A DNA stretch of 63,807 nt, counting the filler, from Olpidium bornovanus S191 (lineage: Eukaryota; Fungi; Olpidiomycota): NCBI GenBank assembly GCA_017911155.1. It is 32 parts of 32 records of this genome, joined end to end, with 100 filler letters (N's around TTAATTAATTAA, not from the genome) between each part and the next. Parts side by side here need not be neighbours in the genome. Positions count along the whole stretch, not along the records: positions 55,501 to 57,849 come from JAEFCI010005970.1; positions 57,950 to 59,990 come from JAEFCI010000441.1; positions 60,091 to 62,691 come from JAEFCI010007007.1; positions 62,792 to 63,807 come from JAEFCI010012984.1; 28 more parts are not named here. One strand, written 5' to 3'. Positions 57,218-63,807 of this stretch are shown piece by piece (the first letter of the stretch is position 1; each line of letters starts with the position of its first letter). Under the pieces are notes generated by a model. That model did no database searches and was not told the origin of the DNA. It saw only the letters and a list, made by a program, of their open reading frames with translations. The translations under genes were made by a program, and so were the position numbers.

Positions 57218-60200
57218 CCGACCGATGACTAGCATTGGCCGTCTCCCGGCCATTGGAAGTCAGTGCTGCCAAAAAGTTGCACGTCCGTTCACTGTCTGAG
57301 ATGCGAAGTCCCACATAAACGGCACGGGTAGCCCGTCATCTTGAAAGATCACACCCATAGTGCCAGCTGGAGGGGTTGAAATGGCGCAGCGTCCCTCAAC
57401 CGCAACCGATAGCCGATTGATTTAACCGGTACAATATTCCAAAGTGGAGATCAGTGAAAAAGCTGCTTTCTTTTCGGAAATTGGATTTGCTCGTTGCAAA
57501 AGATTTCGGCTGAACACCGCCAAAGATTAAGAAGCCCTCGGGGCGACATCAACTGCCGGCACAACGCCCTGCACGCCGTGCGGACCAACCTCACCAATAT
57601 AATGGTTTATCACATTGCGCGATCCTACAACTGGTACAAATCACCTACGTCTCGCTTCGCTTGCGGAAAGAAGTGGACAGCTCTGGGGAAATCATAGTGA
57701 GGACAAATTAGTGGAGAACGTGATGCAACATGTAGAATCGCGGCACACGAGTACTGGAAAGTCTGCGGAAAAGTATATCAAAACGGGCAGCCGAAACTTC
57801 TCGTCTGAGCCGCGGGCCTTCAACGAGCCCAGACGTAATATGCGGCAGANNNNNNNNNNNNNNNNNNNNNNNNNNNNNNNNNNNNNNNNNNNNTTAATTA
57901 ATTAANNNNNNNNNNNNNNNNNNNNNNNNNNNNNNNNNNNNNNNNNNNNACATGACTTGCAAAAATTGATGCCATACGAAGACATACGGTTATTGACAAA
58001 AATTAGCGGCCTAGAATGTATAACGCGTGCGAAGTGTCACGAAAAAAAATTGTAAGTGTAGAAAACGTGCAATGAAATTTTGAGGGTAAGAATGAATTCG
58101 CAGGAATTCAACAATGCCAGGGTCACCCTGGTATTTTCCACGAAAATGTAAACGTTATTGGCCAAAAAGGTAAAAGCCCTTGGGAAACTTTATTCCGATT
58201 TTCATTGGTCTATTTTCAAGGGGGTTTTTTCCGGCGTGCTCTCCTGGTGTTTCAGAGGGCGGTCCCTTTCTGGTATATGCCCTTTGCACATAAAAAAAGG
58301 GATCTGTCCTGTCGCGCGTCCGTGGCGCTTTGAAGGGAGACGGCAATCAATCCTCTGCGCAGTGCGGCCCTGATCCCTTTCTGCCACAGACAGCAGCCAC
58401 CTCTCGTAAATGAGAGGGTAACACAATACTTGGGTACCAGACACATTTTTTCGGGCGAAGCAGACAACCCGGCTCTGGTGCACCCGGTATAACTTCAAGA
58501 AATTTCCCCGGCCCTTTACGGGCTTACGACAGTAAAATTTGGCTTGCAAACAGTTTATTTTGGGCCGCGGATAGTATAATTCGGTCAGGCACTGATAATG
58601 CTTGGTTTCAAAAGTATAATTTGTGAGGTTGAGAATTGATATGGCGAATCGCAACCAAAAGGGACCCGCGGGGCAAGCAGCAACCTGTAAACACACACCT
58701 CAAACGATAAGAGAGATAAACAATTCACCAAGCCTAACAAACAAAAAACCGGGAACCAAACACGACAGAAAACAAAGGAAAAAATGAGATTATCCGCGAA
58801 TTCCGCAAAAAAACTTTGCGAATCCTCCACCCTCCCCATAAAAAGAACGCAAAAATCCCACGAATTGTGCAAAAAATAGAAACTTACGCGAGTCTCGCAA
58901 AAAAAGACAGGGAAAAAGGAGAACTCCGCAAATCCCGACAAATAAAATTACTTAGCGATTGTCTTAAAATTACTGATATGTCAATTGCGTGTTTATTTAA
59001 TTGAAGTAATCTGTTTAGTACTATATTGGCGTTTAATTTACAATCCTTATAATAATAAATTTTTAATCGTCTTTATATTACTAAGATAGATTAATCTTTA
59101 CTGCTTTCTCATAAGAACTAATTGCTTCTTCATACTTATTAAATAAATAAAAAATTCCCGCCAATCCAGAACAACTACAGGCGCGCCGCTTTGTGGGGTC
59201 TCGCGTCAGCGGCAAATTGCCAGAATTTCATACAAAGCCTTGGACCCTCTGGCGATCTGGAGGGATTAAACAAGCTACTTGCATGAAATCGCAAAACAAC
59301 CAAAAAATAAAAAAACAGTTTGCATAAAACTCGCATGGCCATCGTAAGGATACGGCCGAACGAAATAGAACAAAAAACACGCTAGAAGATTCAAGACGCG
59401 TTGCTTTCGTAATATTTTACGGGCAAATCACAGGCTGAAGACGTTAAAAGGTAGGGGCAGAGTGTGGTCAGCAGAACCGACGTGTTTTAGCGGATTTGGG
59501 GGGGGGGGGGGCGTTGAGGAAAACAGTTAAAGCGGGCTATGGTTTTACATTACAAAAATGATCCTGGGAGAATTCCCCTCCACGATGTCAAGGTCGCGTG
59601 GTTTTGACAGTTGCAGATTTTATACCCGACGGACAGGCAGGAACGGCAGAAGCCGGCCAGCTGTTGTCCAAAATAGCGCTATTGGACCTTGTGAAGGAGC
59701 TGTTGGTGCCAACAAGGACGAGCACACTTGGACTGCCTGCGGTTTTCTGCGTTCGGGTTTGCCAAATCTACATTTTTGGCACGGAGTCTGTTCGCTGAAT
59801 CTTCAGGATGGCGTCAACGCTTTATTAGGCTTAAGTATCCGCACAAACAAAATCATCAAAGGCGCTCGTCATGCGAGGAACGTGTTCATCATTCGCCAAC
59901 TCTATGGGACATCTTAATGTCTGTGAAAATATTTTTTTGCTTTTAGCGGAATTGAAACGTACTATCTTGGCAAAGAAAGTATTAACCGGCNNNNNNNNNN
60001 NNNNNNNNNNNNNNNNNNNNNNNNNNNNNNNNNNTTAATTAATTAANNNNNNNNNNNNNNNNNNNNNNNNNNNNNNNNNNNNNNNNNNNNACGCCCAGAT
60101 GTTCTGATATGCCACTAACCCCCTGAAAGTACGGGAACACTGAACAGGGGGAATGCGAGGAATGACTTGAATTCTCAGATAGGGATGAATGCTTGGAAGG

Positions 60201-61582
60201 CCCCGTACATGCCAAATGCGCGAAAAAAGCGCCCAACATGCCCCAAACGTTGTAACGCCGTAAATATCCAGAAAGCCCCAAACATCAAAAGCACGCAGAA
60301 GATTCGGAACACCCGGAGGCCCGAAAAGCCCAAGTGGCGCAAACGCTCCGAAGACCCTGAACGCCCCGAACGCTCCACGGATGGCGGGTGGCGGGTGGCG
60401 GGTGGCGGGGGGCTGGGGTGGCGGTGGTTCAACTGACCCACCGAACGCCCCTCACCAATGCCCCCGGCCCCGATGTGAACGGCCCCCACCTCCCACCTCC
60501 CCAAGCAACCATGTAAGGGGTTTATGGTTCCACACTAGAATTATTGATCTTAGCAAACCCCAGCAAGAGCACAGACCACAGAGCAGGTCAGGCAGGTGAG
60601 CAAGCCGCCCAGACACTCCCCAGTTGCAAAACGAAGAAAAGAATGAGGTCGTCTTAGCCTTGCTTTTTCTTGGGGTTGTTGCCACCGAGGCTGTAATAAA
60701 GCGAGAGTGAGACTGCCGGCCGATACTAGCGCCCCAGCGGTTGCCGCGCGAACTGCTACAGACGGGCGAGCAGCCGCAATCTGCCCACAGCGCGCTCTTC
60801 GCTTATCCCCTACAGGGTGAGGGAACAGGCGTCCGGACGCGTCAAGGATGAGGCGTACAAAGACCAGAGCTGTAGAGTTTCTCTTTCCGTAGGGCACTCG
60901 GGAGGAGGGGGGGGGGGGGGGGGGGGCACTGGTCATGTGTCAAGTAGCGCGAGTACGCTCGCAAACCATTCTTCCCGCCTCAACCGTCTCTCCGAAGGCG
61001 GAACCGTTCCCCAAAGCATAATAAAGCAAAACGGCCGACTCCCCGTAGGGCGCAAGATCATACCTGGCGCGCAATGCCCCCCCTTCTCCCTTCCTCCCTC
61101 CACTCCCCGACCCCCGACAAGGAAAGACCGCTCGTCTTCCAGCCCGCATCCAATCGCAGTCCGCCATCGTCTCCAATAACGCCGCGAAGGCGGAAGCTGA
61201 CGACGGCTCCAAGCCTGAAATTATAAATGTAGGTGGGACGGGATGGAGAAGATGGCACCGGCAAGGGGGATGTGTGTGAAAGGGGAGTTTGGAATTGTGA
61301 ACGGCAAACAATGGGGCACCGAGGGTTTTATAATATTGATAGATAGGTGTAGTTTATGTGAGGGATGTACAAAAAAAAAAGGGGGTGGGGTGGTGAAACG
61401 CGATGGCGCGCGGTGGACCATAAAAGCCTTCAATTGAGGGTCGGGGGGAAAGAAAAAGTTTGTTTGCCGCCTAGGCGTTTTTTTTTTCCCTTTTTTTTTC
61501 CCTTTTTTTTTTTTTTTTTTTTTTTTTTTCGGGTCCCCCCACCCGGCTTGCCCCCGGGGTCCTGGGGCCCCTTCCTTTTTAC

Positions 61583-62691
61583 TCATGCCGAATGGGCGCA
61601 GCAGCAAAGCAAGTTCGCTCCCCGGATGCGGCTCAGCTCGAGAGACGCGACGCAATTCTGGGAAATCCGGCGCGGCGTGAAAGAGATTTAGAATAGGGGC
61701 CCCGCCGTCTCTCCGTTGCACATGACAAAAAACCCGTTTCTTTTTATTATTTACCTCCAAGCGGATGACGAGGCTCTCAAAAGCTTGCAGGAGCTCCTCG
61801 TCGTTCGAGCCCTCGCGCAGCGGGTAAATCATAGAGTTTACGGCGGCCGCGTCCGCCGCTGCCTGGCCGCCGCCGGTCTTCAACAGGTTGCCGTCGGCGT
61901 CGAACGACACGCTGTCTCGGATCGCGGAGGGCGCGCGCTTCTCCGGGGCTGATGCGGCCCTGAGCAGGCTCACGGCTGCAGGGTTGCACTCGCCGGACAC
62001 GGCCCGCTCGGCGCGGAGCGTGAGGAGGCCGAGTTGCCGCATCGAGCTCAGGTCCAGGCAGTTCCGCGGCGTGCACGTCACCTGCTGTTTAAGGCTCTTT
62101 TTGATCGACTCCGGCCCGCGGCCGATCGACTTGCGGTCGACGGTCACGCTGGCGGTCGCGCAGCGCGCCGCCTTGGAGTATTGGATGCGCCCGCTGAGCG
62201 ACTTCGGGTACAGAAGGCTTAGCACCTCGGCGTTCTCCAGGCCTTTGAGCTTCCGCTCGCCTAGCCGCACGACCGTGATTCCCATTTTCCGCAGAGCGTG
62301 ATTTTCCCGCGGCAGCTTCAGGTCTTCATCTTCGGCGGTACACTCGGCGAACAGGTCCTTCTGGGACGTGAGCTCGGCGACCACGTCGGAGGAGACGCAT
62401 ATCTGCCCGCCGTCCGCGACATTACAGATCCGAGCGGCGCGGTTAACCATAGGACCGAAGTAATCCATCCTTCTGGTGACCGGGTCGACTTCGCAGACAG
62501 GGTAACCCCAGTGGATGCCCATCCTAACGCTCAGCCCCCGGAAGAGCAGCTCCGGCGTCAGTGACTCGCCAAAAACGTCGCAGCCGACGTCGGAAGCCAA
62601 AATCTCTTGCGGCCAATCCGCTTCCAGCATTCGCAGTTGGACGCTGAAACACCAAAGGACCGCCAGAACCACGCTTGGAAAGCAGACCATG
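61583..62691 (-). CDS. CYR1: Fungal adenylate cyclase, catalytic (class III) and C-terminal part (5'-partial; a further 3' exon near 61130-61220 is possible)
   Basis: EADWPQEIL...LFRGLSVRMGIHWGYPVCEVDPVTRRMDYFGPMVNRAARICNVADGGQICVS...LGERKLKGLENAEVLSLLYP. Confidence 0.95.
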
Positions 62692-63807
62692 NNNNNNNNN
62701 NNNNNNNNNNNNNNNNNNNNNNNNNNNNNNNNNNNTTAATTAATTAANNNNNNNNNNNNNNNNNNNNNNNNNNNNNNNNNNNNNNNNNNNNCATGAACCA
62801 GACACGCACCGGCGACCCCGACGGCGAGGTGGGTGTCGCGAGATACGGGGTTGGGTGTACACTACGAGAACCAGCCGGTGTGGTCCCCCTGTGCGCACCG
62901 TATTCGGGTCTTTACCAGAAAAGAGGGAAAGGGAGATAGCTACTGTACAGCCATACGAACGAGTTCTTTTCTCCTACGCTGTCTCGTGCGCCTGCAGTCT
63001 TTCTGCCTCCTGGCTTGGCAGTAATGGGGTGGGAGAAAAGGGGGGAAGGGACAAAGGCGAACCCACAAACGTCCACAGATAAGAAACCAGCTCGACCTTA
63101 CCCCGAATTAGAACTGCGGTAGCTGCTCACGATTTGCACTGTCCTGTGCTTACTGTCGCGGCCCGGCTCACGCGAAAACTGCCCAAGTGAAAGTTTATGA
63201 CGTGAATCGCGACGTCTTCGTCTGCTCGGCGAATGTCATTGCCGAACGACCGAACAACCGAAGCATGATGGCATGGCTAAAGCGGACGGTCAACGTCCGG
63301 CGAGGCGACGACAGTGCCGTACGCTGCCCGTGCGGCAAATTAAGCGGGGGCGTCTTCCGTGCAGAAAGACGGGCATTCGGATATCGCGGACAATTTGCTT
63401 CCGTCCGCAAATTGGGGAGACATGATGATTATGATGTGTACCATGGCGGTTGGAAAGCGGTGGACGAGGCCACGAGGGCGTGGTCGGTCGGTCGGCCTGT
63501 CGGCCGAGAGGCGGGCGGCGGGTTGCTGCTGCGGTCCGCGGTCCATATGTCTGCCAGCACCGAATTCGAATTGCTGTGCCTCGATCGCCGCTATCTCTCG
63601 CCTTTCCTTGGTATCCCCATGCGCCTTCGCCCCTCAGAGCCCGCCTATCCGGGTGAACAGATACCTGCGATACCGCTAATGGCGTAAAAAAAAAAAAAAA
63701 AAAAAAACGGAATCAGACAACCCGAATTGCGTGCACGGGCCGAATGGAGAAAACCCATCATCCCTCAGTCCCATTTTTTGCCCCTGGATCGGTTATTCCT
63801 CGCCGAA

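Noticed and set aside
58202-58696. Possible DNA transposase remnant (CYPLIYERWLL)
   Set aside because: Only vague resemblance to Harbinger motifs; no DDE residues or TIRs could be identified.
60091-60420. Repetitive PKHQKHAEDSEHPE-like coding remnant
   Set aside because: Interrupted by stops, no family recognised; low-complexity sequence at a contig edge.
1851-62791. Regularly recurring TTAATTAATTAA as a biological repeat or CRISPR-like array
   Set aside because: Always embedded in exactly 44+44 N; a six-frame stop linker added in silico.

Overview
This is not a contiguous locus. It is 32 short eukaryotic contigs (about 1-3.5 kb each) joined by 31 identical artificial 100-bp linkers (44 N + TTAATTAATTAA + 44 N), so adjacency across linkers carries no biological meaning. 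The genes are GC-rich and intron-rich (GT-AG) and mostly partial. Housekeeping genes recognised: ARH1-like ferredoxin reductase, fungal FAS (KS + PPTase end), GPC1-like acyltransferase, STEEP1/CXorf56 homolog, PHS1, a rhodanese, SIR2-like sirtuin, SHE9, an adaptin sigma subunit most like AP-4 sigma, fumarate reductase, STR2-like cystathionine gamma-synthase, an SDR, TMEM41-like protein, ORC3, a Mortierella-type PUFA elongase, an IQ/BAG protein, an FHA protein, a DUF2470-like membrane protein and fungal adenylate cyclase. Ciliary genes (LRRC56, ZBBX-like, HYDIN/CFAP-type ASH repeats, a CFAP157-like coiled coil) alongside fungal-type enzymes point to a zoosporic early-diverging fungus, possibly Olpidium-like (inference). 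No multi-gene system can be supported. The best candidate for something new is a short-LTR retroelement seen twice, whose primer-binding site is complementary to the anticodon arm of tRNA-Lys(CUU), i.e. half-tRNA priming. Also notable: a second short-LTR family with a polypurine tract, a DIRS-type RT fossil, a frameshifted Crinkler-like NTPase, and two repeat arrays sharing the motif AAACTGCGCC. All family assignments come from recalled motifs; no database search was run.
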